Part shown: positions 21,535 to 31,503 of the stretch, piece after piece
How the letters are laid out: every line of letters begins with the position of its first letter
Numbering within the stretch: the stretch's first letter is position 1
DNA from: a virus
Lineage: Duplodnaviria > Caudoviricetes
Virus record (IMG/VR): IMGVR_UViG_3300014204_000114
Coordinates: 64,001 to 128,000 of that record
Direction: 5' to 3' (one strand)
DNA length: 64,000 nucleotides
Position numbers and translations under genes: made by a program
The notes under the pieces: model-generated
Seen by the model: the letters and a program-made list of their open reading frames with translations, nothing else
Databases searched by the model: none
Told to the model about the DNA's origin: nothing

Positions 21535-23562
21535 ATGTCGATGTATCCTTTTACGTTATTCTTTGAGAAAACATTAAGCGATGAAGATTTCGCAAGCATT
21601 AGTTCACATTTAGAAAGTCTTGACCTTCCTGTTATGCCGTTGATGCTAGAAGAGGGATTAAGCGGTTATGTCATTAATATAACTGACGCCGCGAAAGAAG
21701 AAAAATTAAAAAGAATACTTACTAGTATGGGAGGCTTTGCTAAGTTGTCAGGGATGGCTTACGATGGCCTAATGAGGCTACCTTATGCTTTTGACGCGTT
21801 GATTAAAAGTCAGCTTACGACTCCTGCAGTTCCTGCTATGGAAGACGCGTCCGAAACAAGAAGAAGTTCAGAAGGATGTAACGATGCTCCATGCAGAGGA
21901 TGCGACGCAGAAGAGTGCGAGAATAGAGACGAAGATTACGATGAATATTATGATAATGATAGAGAAAACGAAACCCATAATCACGACGATGATTGCATAT
22001 GTAGATTCTGTGACGAGCCGAATTGCGAAGATAGAGATGAAGAGTTTTTGTGTGGGGGGACTTTAGAAGAATGTGGAGAATGTGATAAAGATTGCCAGTA
22101 CAGGCAAAATGTATTGGCGACTCCTGCCCATCTAACTCCCGAAACCAGAGCTGAAGTAATAGAAGCATTACAAATAGAAATCCCAATAGACGATACTACG
22201 AGAACAGTAAGGGATGGATATTCCGATTTTGCGACAAAGAGCTATAAAAGATATTATAATCCATCCTTAGAATGCGTGAGCCCCACAGGTAATATAGGAT
22301 TATTGCCTTATAGGATGGCTTCCAGATCTCATACGAAAGACGGGCTTAATTTATATTCGAAAGCTATAGCTAAATTGTCCGACGGTGACGGGCCAATGCT
22401 CGTATTTCTTACGAAGTATAGCGATAACGGAGAGGCTCATTGGGAACAGTTGAAGATTATAACAGAAGCTGTCTTAGATGTTATAGAGCCTGCAAAATTA
22501 AACAGATTTAAAACAATATATATATCGGAAACTCATAATTCTGCTCCTATCACTCCGATGGCTATAGACGATAATCTGTATATATGGCTGTGGGCCGATA
22601 TAAAATCCTGTTCCAGCGCAGAGAGGCTAAAATCTCCCGTATATGGGATGACATTAAGAGATTGCGGGATGACAGACCACTTGTCGATATACGATCATAA
22701 TTTGTATGATTATGTGAATTATAGCGACCGATCCGAGGCAATTGCAGGCGTGTCCGGGAATAACATTTATACATTTTTTGACTTGATGCATCCGGACCCC
22801 GAAGGGATTAAAAAGCTTGAATGGAGAAAATCGTATTACGAATTATGGAAAAAGCTTATTCTTGATATGTCCAGCAATATGATGTTAACTCCGGAAGAGA
22901 TATCAAATAAAGCCCAAAAGCAGTTTATCTCTTCTTATAAGAAGTCTATGATCGATTCTATAAACAATTTGAAGAGTGAGATAAGCAGCATATCGCAAAT
23001 AGTCCAGTCTTATGAACGGGATTTTAAAGAGAAGTATTCCGAGATGAAGCAAAAAGAGGATATGCTTTATACTATCGAGGCTAATAAAGACGAAGACAAA
23101 CTGGATTTGAGAGCCCTTGAAATTATAGATATGATAAAAAAGTCTAAGCTTACCAAAAGTGTAGAGTTTGATAAAAGTCAATATCTAATAGTAAATACGA
23201 AAAACATTTTCTGCACCGATCCAAGACAAGGCAACGTCTATGAGCTTGGCGAATTTAAGATTAAGATTCCGTTCAACGGAAAAACTTCAAGCGATATAAG
23301 AATACTGAATCAAACAAGGACGGTGGATGGTTATTGGCACAATCATAATGCCCCGCATGTTGATAATAACGGGAAGCCTTGTTGGGGTTCCGTTGCTATA
23401 GATATGACTAAGGTTTTAACAGAAAAGAAATTCTACGAAGTTTATATGATGTGCCTGGCCTTTTTAGAGACTGTAAACCCGGCTGATTCGGCTGGAGCAT
23501 ACATAGAAAGATGGCCTAAAGTCGAAAGTAAAACTGAAGAAAAAACAGCTGAAGTCGCTTAA
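21535..23562 (+). CDS. Large protein with Cys-rich repeats, coiled coil and C-terminal prokaryotic E2 (ubiquitin-conjugating)-like domain, copy 1
   Basis: ELGEFKIKI...APHVDNNGKPCWGS (PH-x6-7-C E2 signature); adjacent to JAB, ThiF and Ubl genes. Confidence 0.7.
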   Translation: MSMYPFTLFFEKTLSDEDFASISSHLESLDLPVMPLMLEEGLSGYVINITDAAKEEKLKRILTSMGGFAKLSGMAYDGLMRLPYAFDALIKSQLTTPAVPAMEDASETRRSSEGCNDAPCRGCDAEECENRDEDYDEYYDNDRENETHNHDDDCICRFCDEPNCEDRDEEFLCGGTLEECGECDKDCQYRQNVLATPAHLTPETRAEVIEALQIEIPIDDTTRTVRDGYSDFATKSYKRYYNPSLECVSPTGNIGLLPYRMASRSHTKDGLNLYSKAIAKLSDGDGPMLVFLTKYSDNGEAHWEQLKIITEAVLDVIEPAKLNRFKTIYISETHNSAPITPMAIDDNLYIWLWADIKSCSSAERLKSPVYGMTLRDCGMTDHLSIYDHNLYDYVNYSDRSEAIAGVSGNNIYTFFDLMHPDPEGIKKLEWRKSYYELWKKLILDMSSNMMLTPEEISNKAQKQFISSYKKSMIDSINNLKSEISSISQIVQSYERDFKEKYSEMKQKEDMLYTIEANKDEDKLDLRALEIIDMIKKSKLTKSVEFDKSQYLIVNTKNIFCTDPRQGNVYELGEFKIKIPFNGKTSSDIRILNQTRTVDGYWHNHNAPHVDNNGKPCWGSVAIDMTKVLTEKKFYEVYMMCLAFLETVNPADSAGAYIERWPKVESKTEEKTAEVA

Positions 23563-23576
23563 GAAAGGAGTTTAAA

Positions 23577-24233
23577 TTGGACACAATCAGACCAGCAGAG
23601 TGCAGGAATAGGGTTATATTCAAAGGAGAGATCCCTAAAGTCACTATCTCTCCTGAAGTCATAGACGATTTGTCAATTCTGAAACACCAGGTTGACGGAG
23701 AATTTATGTTCGGAATAATGGCGGAATATGTCGATAACGAATTTAAGATCCAGGGGGTGTATATGTTCCCCCAGACGGTTAATTACGCCGGAGTCAAACC
23801 TAAGACCGAAACTACGATAGAGGAACTATTCTTAAGCATGCCTAATGTCCTTGGAATAGGAATCTGCGAAGAAAAAATGGAAGAATGCGAAAAGGATCTT
23901 AAGGATCATATTGAAAAATTAACCGAAAATATCCCGGTCCCATTCGTTTCAATTTATCTGAATTTTAAAGGCGAATGTCAGGTAAACGCTCATAACTTCG
24001 ACATGTGGGAATTTAAGGATCTTAAGTGGAAATTCCCGACAGTTGTAGATGCTGAAGAAAGAAGAGCTTACTGGGAAAATCAAATTAAAGAGCATGTAGG
24101 GTCCTTCGCTTATCACTATAGCTCGAATCCAATTGGAGGACCAGCATCATGCGGGGCGTCTGCGGAAGCGTATAAAAATGCATTCCCCGGAGCTGCAGAT
24201 GATGAATGTCCTACAGGATTTTATGGGATTTAA
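23577..24233 (+). CDS. JAB/MPN-like protein, predicted catalytically inactive
   Basis: Aligns with the N-terminus of 30382-31503 (I.P....D..I....  E ... F.I..V..P.Q) but lacks HxH...D. Confidence 0.55.
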   Translation: MDTIRPAECRNRVIFKGEIPKVTISPEVIDDLSILKHQVDGEFMFGIMAEYVDNEFKIQGVYMFPQTVNYAGVKPKTETTIEELFLSMPNVLGIGICEEKMEECEKDLKDHIEKLTENIPVPFVSIYLNFKGECQVNAHNFDMWEFKDLKWKFPTVVDAEERRAYWENQIKEHVGSFAYHYSSNPIGGPASCGASAEAYKNAFPGAADDECPTGFYGI

Positions 24234-24242
24234 GGAGAGAAA

Positions 24243-24926
24243 ATGATTGAGACTATGAGACATGTCGCCGTAATTGATCTTGAGCACTCTACAGCCAAAG
24301 ACACAGCTATACATGTGATAGGCTGCGGAGCTTTAGGGTCAAGAGTAGCTTTGGGATTAGCCAAATTAGGCGTTAGTAATATGCATTTATGGGACTTCGA
24401 CAAGATCGAGAGTCATAATATAGCGAATCAGGCATACGGGATTTTGGATGTAGGAAGATATAAAGTAGAAGCTCTCGCAGGGCTGATAGCGAGACAGACC
24501 GGCTTAAAGACCGTGCCTCACCCGGAAAAAGTCGTGAATCAACATTTGTTTGGTTTTATTTTTCTTTTACCTGACTCTATGGAGTCAAGAAGGGAGATTT
24601 GGGATGAGAGCATTAAGTGGAAAGCTGTCGCCTTATTTGAAGGCAGGATGGGCGTATCTGAAGGAAGGGTTTATTACGTTAATCCAAAGGATCCTGTTCA
24701 CATTAGTAAATGGGAGTCTACCCTTTGTCTTGACTCCGAAGCTGAAGATTCTGTTTGCGGTTCTCACATTGCTGTTGGACCTACAGCGGAATTTATCTCC
24801 GCGCTTATGCAATGGCAGTTCATTAAGTATATAAACTCTTTGGAGAAGCCTAGAAAAGTGGAAAATGAGATTATAGCGTATGTAGATCCGCCGCTATATC
24901 TGATGAATTGCTGGAATAATCAATAG
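24243..24926 (+). CDS. ThiF/E1-like adenylyltransferase, copy 1
   Basis: VIGCGALGS, DFDKIESHNIANQ, G..KVEA, candidate catalytic Cys in SVCG. Confidence 0.9.
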   Translation: MIETMRHVAVIDLEHSTAKDTAIHVIGCGALGSRVALGLAKLGVSNMHLWDFDKIESHNIANQAYGILDVGRYKVEALAGLIARQTGLKTVPHPEKVVNQHLFGFIFLLPDSMESRREIWDESIKWKAVALFEGRMGVSEGRVYYVNPKDPVHISKWESTLCLDSEAEDSVCGSHIAVGPTAEFISALMQWQFIKYINSLEKPRKVENEIIAYVDPPLYLMNCWNNQ

Positions 24927-24958
24927 TAAACTAATAACCAATATAAAGGAGAATTAGA

Positions 24959-25384
24959 ATGGTAACAGTAAAAATGGCAAAGCTTCCTGGTGAGTCGAAG
25001 GAATATCTTTTCGAAGACGGTACCACGTTAGCTAAGGCGCTTGCTACGGCAGGTCTTGATTCCACTGGATATCAGGTCCGCGTATCCGGCACGCTCGTTG
25101 AAGGCGCTTTCGATGAGTTGGAAGTTGAGGATGGCGACAGCGTAATGCTTGTCAAGCCGATCAAGGGCGCTCAGGACTACATCGAAGTCAAGATTGCCAA
25201 GCTTCCTGGCGAACTTAAAGCGTTTTGCCTCAACGGTGACCGCAAGGTTCGGACTCTTATCGCTACCGCAGGATTGACCCTCGGTACCTGCAAAATCCGC
25301 ATCAACGGATTGGAAGGTGATATTGACGATGAGCTGGAAGACGGGGATACGGTAGTCCTCGTAAGTAATATCAAGGGTGCGTAA
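24959..25384 (+). CDS. Tandem two-domain ubiquitin-like (ThiS/MoaD beta-grasp) protein
   Basis: Two ~70-aa repeats VK.AKLPGE.K...L.DGD.V.LV..IKGA; codon usage distinct from neighbours. Confidence 0.85.
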   Translation: MVTVKMAKLPGESKEYLFEDGTTLAKALATAGLDSTGYQVRVSGTLVEGAFDELEVEDGDSVMLVKPIKGAQDYIEVKIAKLPGELKAFCLNGDRKVRTLIATAGLTLGTCKIRINGLEGDIDDELEDGDTVVLVSNIKGA

Positions 25385-25392
25385 TTCCCGAC

Positions 25393-25415
25393 TGTTTTGT
25401 TTTGTTTTGTTTTTT
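25393..25415 (+). repeat. (GTTTT)n short tandem repeat
   Basis: tgttttgttttgttttgtttttt directly after the Ubl stop codon. Confidence 0.6.
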
Positions 25416-25433
25416 ACTGAATTAAAATATAAG

Positions 25434-25459
25434 TACAGGGGAAGTTCGCTTCCCCTGTA
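25434..25459 (+). terminator. UUCG-capped stem-loop (terminator or mRNA stabiliser) after the Ubl gene
   Basis: tacaggggaag-TTCG-cttcccctgta, perfect 11-bp stem; only a weak U tract follows. Confidence 0.65.
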
Positions 25460-25482
25460 TCTTAAATATAAAAGGAGGATCC

Positions 25483-25755
25483 GTGGAGGCAAACGAGACA
25501 GTCTTGGAAGAATGTAAGGACTTAAAGATAGTAGAGGAGCTCAAGGCGCGTGTGGAAGCTAATGAGAAGACATTAAAGATAATAAATGAGGGGATGAAAA
25601 ACCTCATGGTTATTTGCATGAAAGTATCAGCTTCTACAGGAGCCTTGGTGAGTGTACTGAGCGAGGAAGAGTTGGAAATTTTCAAAAAGACATACGACAA
25701 AATAATAGAATCTTCCGCGAGCAGTTTAAGTTCGGAAAAGCGCGATAACGCGTGA
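25483..25755 (+). CDS. Hypothetical protein whose stop codon is supplied by the IS right end
   Basis: AGGAGG SD; TGA lies within the GTGA element end. Confidence 0.6.
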   Translation: MEANETVLEECKDLKIVEELKARVEANEKTLKIINEGMKNLMVICMKVSASTGALVSVLSEEELEIFKKTYDKIIESSASSLSSEKRDNA

Positions 25756-26912
25756 TTATTCTATTACGAAAAGTAATAGTTTTTAGGCTGAAGCCAAAGA
25801 CTGTAACCCCAGTCTTAAAATATTTATCGCTGCGTTGTGGTCTCTATCAAGAGATAATCCGCAGCAAGGACAATTATGAGTTCGATCAGAAAGTTTTTTA
25901 AGGACTTTATGACCACAAGAAGAACAAATTTGGGATGTATAAGCGGGGTTGACCAGGATCAATCGTTTATCGGCGCATTCTGCCTTATAAGCAATGAGTC
26001 TGGTAAATTGTCCCCAAGCTACATCAGAAATACTTTTGTTAATGCAAGTATGAGTATGGACCATTTCGTTAATAGACAAATCCTCCATACAGATCGTGTC
26101 GAAAGACTTTACTATACTATTACTCTGTTGATGGGCAAAGTTATTGCGTTTATTAGAGATTCTTTCATGGATCTTAGCTACAACTTTCCTGGCTTTAGCT
26201 CTCTCAGGAGTGCCTTTATTAAGCTTAGAAAATTTTCTTTGAGCTTTAGCCAAAGATTTTTCTTCGTGTTTAAAGAATCTGGGGTTATCAATCTTGACAC
26301 CGTCAGAGAGCGTAGCGAAAGATTCAAGACCCACATCTATACCGACAGATCTGCCGGTTTTAAGAAGTGGATTTTTCTCGACAATACAAGAAAAAGTGAC
26401 ATACCACTTACCAGTAGTAGACTTTTTTATACAGCAAGTCTTAATTTGACCTGTGATATTCCTATGGAGTTTGATTTTGATAGTGCCGATTTTAGAGAGT
26501 TTGAGCCCCTGTTCAGTAATCTTAAAACCGAACTGAGGGAAAGAGAAAGAGTGGTACCTGTTAAACCCTTTAAATCTTGGATAACCCGGTTTATCTCCAG
26601 CCTTAATCCTTCTAAAGAATGCTTTGAAAGAAAGATCGAGCCTAACAAGAACATCCTGAAGGACTTGAGAATGAATATTTTTAAGACTACTTCTCAGCTC
26701 TTTAGTCTCTACAAGAAAAGAGTTTTGGGCATAATAACTCAAACTTTTATTTTCGATTTCCCAACATTTTTTACGCTGTTCAAGAAAGTAATTATACAGC
26801 CAGCGGCATTCTTCAAGCCACATATTCATAATGTGAGTTTGTTTGCTCGTTGGATATATACGGAATTTATATGCTTTAAGCATAGTTATAGTATGCGCTT
26901 AAAAAACAAGAT
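25752..26912 (-). mobile_element. tnpB-only IS200/IS605 (IS1341-like) element
   Basis: Right end hairpin ctattac-ttttc-gtaatag followed by aataaTCAC (- strand); left boundary inferred at TTGAC 26913-26917; no tnpA. Confidence 0.75.
25783..26883 (-). CDS. tnpB: RNA-guided endonuclease TnpB
   Basis: AYKFRIYP, PGYPRFK, GIDVG / MEDL / DRDHNAA RuvC residues intact, zinc ribbon. Confidence 0.95.
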   Translation of the reverse strand: MLKAYKFRIYPTSKQTHIMNMWLEECRWLYNYFLEQRKKCWEIENKSLSYYAQNSFLVETKELRSSLKNIHSQVLQDVLVRLDLSFKAFFRRIKAGDKPGYPRFKGFNRYHSFSFPQFGFKITEQGLKLSKIGTIKIKLHRNITGQIKTCCIKKSTTGKWYVTFSCIVEKNPLLKTGRSVGIDVGLESFATLSDGVKIDNPRFFKHEEKSLAKAQRKFSKLNKGTPERAKARKVVAKIHERISNKRNNFAHQQSNSIVKSFDTICMEDLSINEMVHTHTCINKSISDVAWGQFTRLIAYKAECADKRLILVNPAYTSQICSSCGHKVLKKLSDRTHNCPCCGLSLDRDHNAAINILRLGLQSLASA

Positions 26913-27012
26913 GTCAATAGTTAGTACGATACAGAAATACAAAAATAGTACCAGAGCTGACATATGATCTATAAAGGTTTTATCACGCCTAAAAGCCTAT
27001 TTAAGTTAGTAA

Positions 27013-27159
27013 ACTCGTCTGTATGAGAGTCTCTAACGGGATGCAAGTTGTCCATTTGCCTATGGCAGTATGTACACATTCCCGGCGTTTATAATGTAAG
27101 TAACGAGTCTCCTCCACAAAAAGCCGAGGTCTGGATTCGCTCCTCCGCCGGACCTCGGC
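27013..27159. ncRNA. Candidate structured non-coding RNA followed by a GC-rich hairpin
   Basis: Nested pairings actcgt/acgagt, cgggatg/cattcccg, tgcc/ggca; 12-bp hairpin 27123-27159. Confidence 0.35.
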
Positions 27160-27178
27160 CCACCTTTATCATTAATTA

Positions 27179-28751
27179 TTGGAAGAAATAACTATGTTAA
27201 AATATATACCTGATGAAATTTTTGATTTAGAACATATCCCTGCTAATATGAATATTAGTATTGAAGACAAAGGAGAATCTCTTTTAGCTGTAAATGATAA
27301 TCCTAATCAAGGCTTTCCGTCCAGAGTTCTTATTTACACATGTGTACCTTATGATTTTTCTCATAAGTATATAAGTGCGGCGGGAATAAGTTATTCTAAG
27401 AAAGGGAAGTTTCATAGAGAAAACGGTCCGTCTTGTATATTAATGAAAAGGGTTTTATTCCTTACTCCTGATATGGTACCTGCTGAAATTCATAATAAAA
27501 TATCAATTAAAGTCCCTAGAATAGGAGCGTTTATCGAATGCTCAAAATCGTTATACGCTAGTAATAATTGTGTTTACGTTAATTATAATAATTATTCGCA
27601 GAAAGTTCAAGACTGGTGGCTGGATCCAAAATATGGGCTTTTGGGAAAATCAAAATTAGTTGTAACGGAAATGGGATGGTATTCAAACGGAAGACTGAAT
27701 AATGCGAATGGCCCTGCGAAAATAACTATGAATTTCAACCCTGACGATACTTTCAGCCCATACTATCTTTCGGCTAATCCTCCATCCCCGCCAAGAGCCG
27801 ACAAGGTTTATTATTTAAACAACAGATATTTAGGTTCGGGAGAATCAGGAGAAATAAATTGGAAAAGCAAAATATAGTTATTAAAATAGATACCGACGAA
27901 TTAAAGAACATAATATTCAATAGAATTACCGCGAATCCAAAATTCATGGCGGCAATATTAGGTATTAAAGAAGAAGAAATAATACTGCACGACGAGATCT
28001 ATCTCAAAATATCTCCTGAAAAACTAACTGACATTTTTAATTCTGAAGAAATCGACCCATTATTAGAATGGGCGGCTATAGCATTTCTGGAAGAAGATGA
28101 GAACGGATTAAAAATTGACGAATCGAATATAACAGTAGAAGAGTATTTGTTTGGGAATCTATGAAAACAGTAAAATTACCATATTCGTTTTTAAATAGCT
28201 GTATTGATATACAGAATTATCCCGGCAGACCTACTAAAGGACTTCTAATTCCATGCCCAGAATGCGGCAGACTAGTAGTCATAGAAATGCATTTTTCGGA
28301 TTATAGTTTCACCGATTTTGCTAACGATATATCTTTGGATGGCAGTCGCGTATCTGACATAATGTGGGAACATAATATAGGAATACCGTCCGATGTCGCA
28401 AAATTATTGGATATTGACGAGGATTCTTTTAACGATCTCGCGCTTAAAAAACCTTATTATGAAATAGTAGACGGAACAATATATTTCAAAATCAGATGTC
28501 ATAATGCTCTATTTAACGGTTCCGGGAAAAGACTTATAACTTTGGATCGCGAAGATGACAATTATAGGGATAGAGGCACGTTAGAAGAATTATGGAGAGA
28601 CCACGATTTAGGAAGATATTATTCGTGTAATCAAATGTTTAAAGTGGAATTTGCTTTAGGCCCAGACGAAATGATATTCCCGGATTTGATTAAACAACTA
28701 AATAATCTAAATGATGAATTAGACAATTTTATAAATTTGACGGAATTATAA
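27179..28751 (+). CDS. Three hypothetical proteins: 27179-27877 (HRENGP/NNANGPA repeat motif), 27859-28164, 28161-28751 (CPEC zinc-binding)
   Basis: ORF track; motifs as stated. Confidence 0.6.
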
Positions 28752-28760
28752 GGAGGAGAA

Positions 28761-30359
28761 ATGTATCTTAATCTTGAAACTCTCGTAAACGAACTAGGAA
28801 GAACGTGGGGATTTTACGTAAAAATATCAAGTGAAAGTTTCGGCACTACTATCAAAACTAGAAATAAACTTCATGACAAAGGTATCATATCAACTGATTT
28901 CTATCATAGCGAAGGAGATTACGGGCTTTTGATGGACGCCGAGAATTTGATTAAGCTTGAGACTCTTTATGGAAGAGCGGAAGTGACAGGACTCGTATGT
29001 CCTCATTATGAGAATATGATAGAAGTCACTTTAAGCTCTCCTGTCCTTGATGCTATATTGCCCGAACAAACAGAATTAATAGTAGATTTACTAACGGCAG
29101 ATATCCTACCTAAAAAGAAAAAGCCTAAGAAGAAAACCGAAGATGATATAACAGGAACTGCCTCTTCAGAGTTAGAGTTTTTACTAAAAGATGAAGAAGT
29201 TGTGTCTCTCCTAAAGAATATAACGAAATCGCTAAAGCTTAATGAGTTTTTAGTAAGCAGAACTATCATAGACTGTTCTATCGAAGACAGATTTACAGTC
29301 CTCATAGGATCTTATCAGGATGATTCCCCAATGGGTTATAATAAATTCTCGTGCGGATCTTTTGATAAGATAAAAAGCCCTTCCAGTATGTATCTGTATC
29401 TTGATACGGGATACGATAGAATTTACGATGTTGTATTCAAGGACTACGCGGGAGTTCCATTCGCAGGTTCTCATAGAGAAATCCACGCGTTATACCTGTT
29501 TTGGAACATATTTGATCAGGTAGAGCGTATTGATAGTAGAAACGAAGCTAAGCTGAATGATTTTAGAAAGAAATACATCACTGAAATACTTAAAAGATTC
29601 GATTTATACTTGACTGACCAAAAAGAGTATGCTAAGAAATATGAGAATAATGGTAAGTCTCTGAAGATGTCAGAATCGGCAGTAAAAGATATTTATAATA
29701 AGGCGGGGAAGACCGAACTTAAGAAAGCTGAATTAATAGTTAAATATGGAACTCAGATTATAGATAAAATTTATTTACAGTTACACAAATACGAACAAAT
29801 GGTGATAGCCGCAGGCGAAAAGGTAAAAATGTTCAGAGAAAATGATAGTGAAGAAAAATTTACACAGAGATATAGGAAAGAATTAGAATTAGTTAATAAG
29901 AATTCAAAAGTACTCAATGCTGCTATTTCTGAAAATCAATTAATAATTCATACGGATATGTTATATTGTGAAAATCCGCAGACTCATAAAGTTCACGAAA
30001 TAGGCAAATTTATCATAATGTTCGAGTTATCGTTAATGACCGGAGGAGATAACGAAGGTCTAGTAAAGTGGATTAATGTAACTCATAAAATAAAGGGATT
30101 TAGCAATCAGTTTATGAACGCTCCTCATATATTTAATGATGGACATGCATGTCTCGGATCAATAGCGGGAACATTTTCTAAATTATTAAATAATCATGAG
30201 ATAGCATCTGCTGTTGATTTAGCAATCCAATTTGTGGAAAGCGTAAATCCGGTGGATGCGGCAGGATCATTTATAGGGAATTGGCCGATAGTAGAAACGG
30301 AGAAGAAGAATGAAGAAACTAGGGAAGAGACGGAAGCAGAACTCGCAGAAACAGCGTAA
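28761..30359 (+). CDS. Coiled-coil protein with C-terminal prokaryotic E2-like domain, copy 2
   Basis: EIGKFII...APHIFNDGHACLGS...VNPVDAAG..I.NWP, clearly paralogous to the C-terminus of 21535-23562. Confidence 0.7.
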   Translation: MYLNLETLVNELGRTWGFYVKISSESFGTTIKTRNKLHDKGIISTDFYHSEGDYGLLMDAENLIKLETLYGRAEVTGLVCPHYENMIEVTLSSPVLDAILPEQTELIVDLLTADILPKKKKPKKKTEDDITGTASSELEFLLKDEEVVSLLKNITKSLKLNEFLVSRTIIDCSIEDRFTVLIGSYQDDSPMGYNKFSCGSFDKIKSPSSMYLYLDTGYDRIYDVVFKDYAGVPFAGSHREIHALYLFWNIFDQVERIDSRNEAKLNDFRKKYITEILKRFDLYLTDQKEYAKKYENNGKSLKMSESAVKDIYNKAGKTELKKAELIVKYGTQIIDKIYLQLHKYEQMVIAAGEKVKMFRENDSEEKFTQRYRKELELVNKNSKVLNAAISENQLIIHTDMLYCENPQTHKVHEIGKFIIMFELSLMTGGDNEGLVKWINVTHKIKGFSNQFMNAPHIFNDGHACLGSIAGTFSKLLNNHEIASAVDLAIQFVESVNPVDAAGSFIGNWPIVETEKKNEETREETEAELAETA

Positions 30360-30381
30360 GCCAAGAAAAAGGAGGACAAAA

Positions 30382-31503
30382 ATGGTAGATCATGCGCCGC
30401 ACAATTTCGAACCCAAGTTTAAATACGATCAGGTATTTAAAATTTTTATAACTCCGCAGGCTATGGCGGACATGTCTTTAATAGTCGATATATGTACTGA
30501 AGAAGTAGGATGGATGGGATATGTAGAAAGAAGAGGAAACGATTTTATAGTATATGATGTTTTCGTCCCTAAACAGAAAGCTTCATCCGTATTATGCGAA
30601 TTAGACTTTACTGCACTGGCTGAAGTAGGAGAAGCTTTAATACAAACTCCGGACGGAATAGCGAAATATAACCAAATGAGATTCTGGGGCCATTCCCATC
30701 ATACGATGGGGACAAGTCCTTCAGGTCAGGACGATATCCAATTAAGAGAATTCGACGCGTGCGAATGGTTTATCAGAGGAATCCTGAATAAGCATGGAAG
30801 AATGGAGTTGACTTTATACTTCTTTAAGTTAGGGTTAGAGATAAGAGACGTCCCGTGGCAAATATATTATGAGCCCAATCCGTCCAAAGTCGAATATTGG
30901 GAAAGCGAAATAGAGAAGAATGTCGAAGTGACTAAGTACGTGGCTGAGACAAGATGGAACGGGACCGAATGGCATAAGGAATGGAATCAGAACTGGAGAA
31001 CAAATTACAAAAAAGACAAAATCGACCAAAGAGATATAGGATTCAGAGCGCCTAATAAGACCGCACGAAACATTCACGAATACTTCAAAGAGAAAGTTCG
31101 GGAAGATAATAAGGATGTACTTAGCGATATAGAAAAGAATACGGAAGAGGCTTTAAGAGCAGCCGCGGATATAGCCATGGGCAGAAAGGCAAAAAGCAGT
31201 AGTATATCCTGTAAAGTCGAAGTTATGGATGCGTCCGTAGGTAAAATTTTGCACAAAACCGATTGTAGTGTCCCGGATGATGGATGGGACATAGAGATGC
31301 TGGTTGACACTTTCTATAGTCATTTGTCTCAAGCGATGTACAATGACGGATTATCTTTTATAAGAAAGATACAAGGTATAGGATGGGAACCGGTTAAGGG
31401 CGGATATAAGATTGAAGATAAGGACGTGCTTGTAATAATCATAGAGGATTTATTAATGAATGCAAAATTAATCGAGGATATTAAAACCGAGGCTGCCTTA
31501 TGA
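30382..31503 (+). CDS. JAB/MPN+ metalloprotease (Ubl-processing/deconjugating type)
   Basis: EVGW ... WGHSHHTMGTSPSGQD (E, HxH, S..D); AGGAGG SD before ATG 30382. Confidence 0.85.
   Translation: MVDHAPHNFEPKFKYDQVFKIFITPQAMADMSLIVDICTEEVGWMGYVERRGNDFIVYDVFVPKQKASSVLCELDFTALAEVGEALIQTPDGIAKYNQMRFWGHSHHTMGTSPSGQDDIQLREFDACEWFIRGILNKHGRMELTLYFFKLGLEIRDVPWQIYYEPNPSKVEYWESEIEKNVEVTKYVAETRWNGTEWHKEWNQNWRTNYKKDKIDQRDIGFRAPNKTARNIHEYFKEKVREDNKDVLSDIEKNTEEALRAAADIAMGRKAKSSSISCKVEVMDASVGKILHKTDCSVPDDGWDIEMLVDTFYSHLSQAMYNDGLSFIRKIQGIGWEPVKGGYKIEDKDVLVIIIEDLLMNAKLIEDIKTEAAL

Noticed and set aside
24243-25384. ThiF/ThiS thiamine or molybdopterin sulfur relay
   Set aside because: No thiG, moaE or sulfurtransferase genes; flanked by E2-like and JAB genes; Ubl lacks a GG end
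25876-26967. 363-aa + strand ORF
   Set aside because: Antisense shadow of tnpB; only its last ~17 codons likely belong to the interrupted gene
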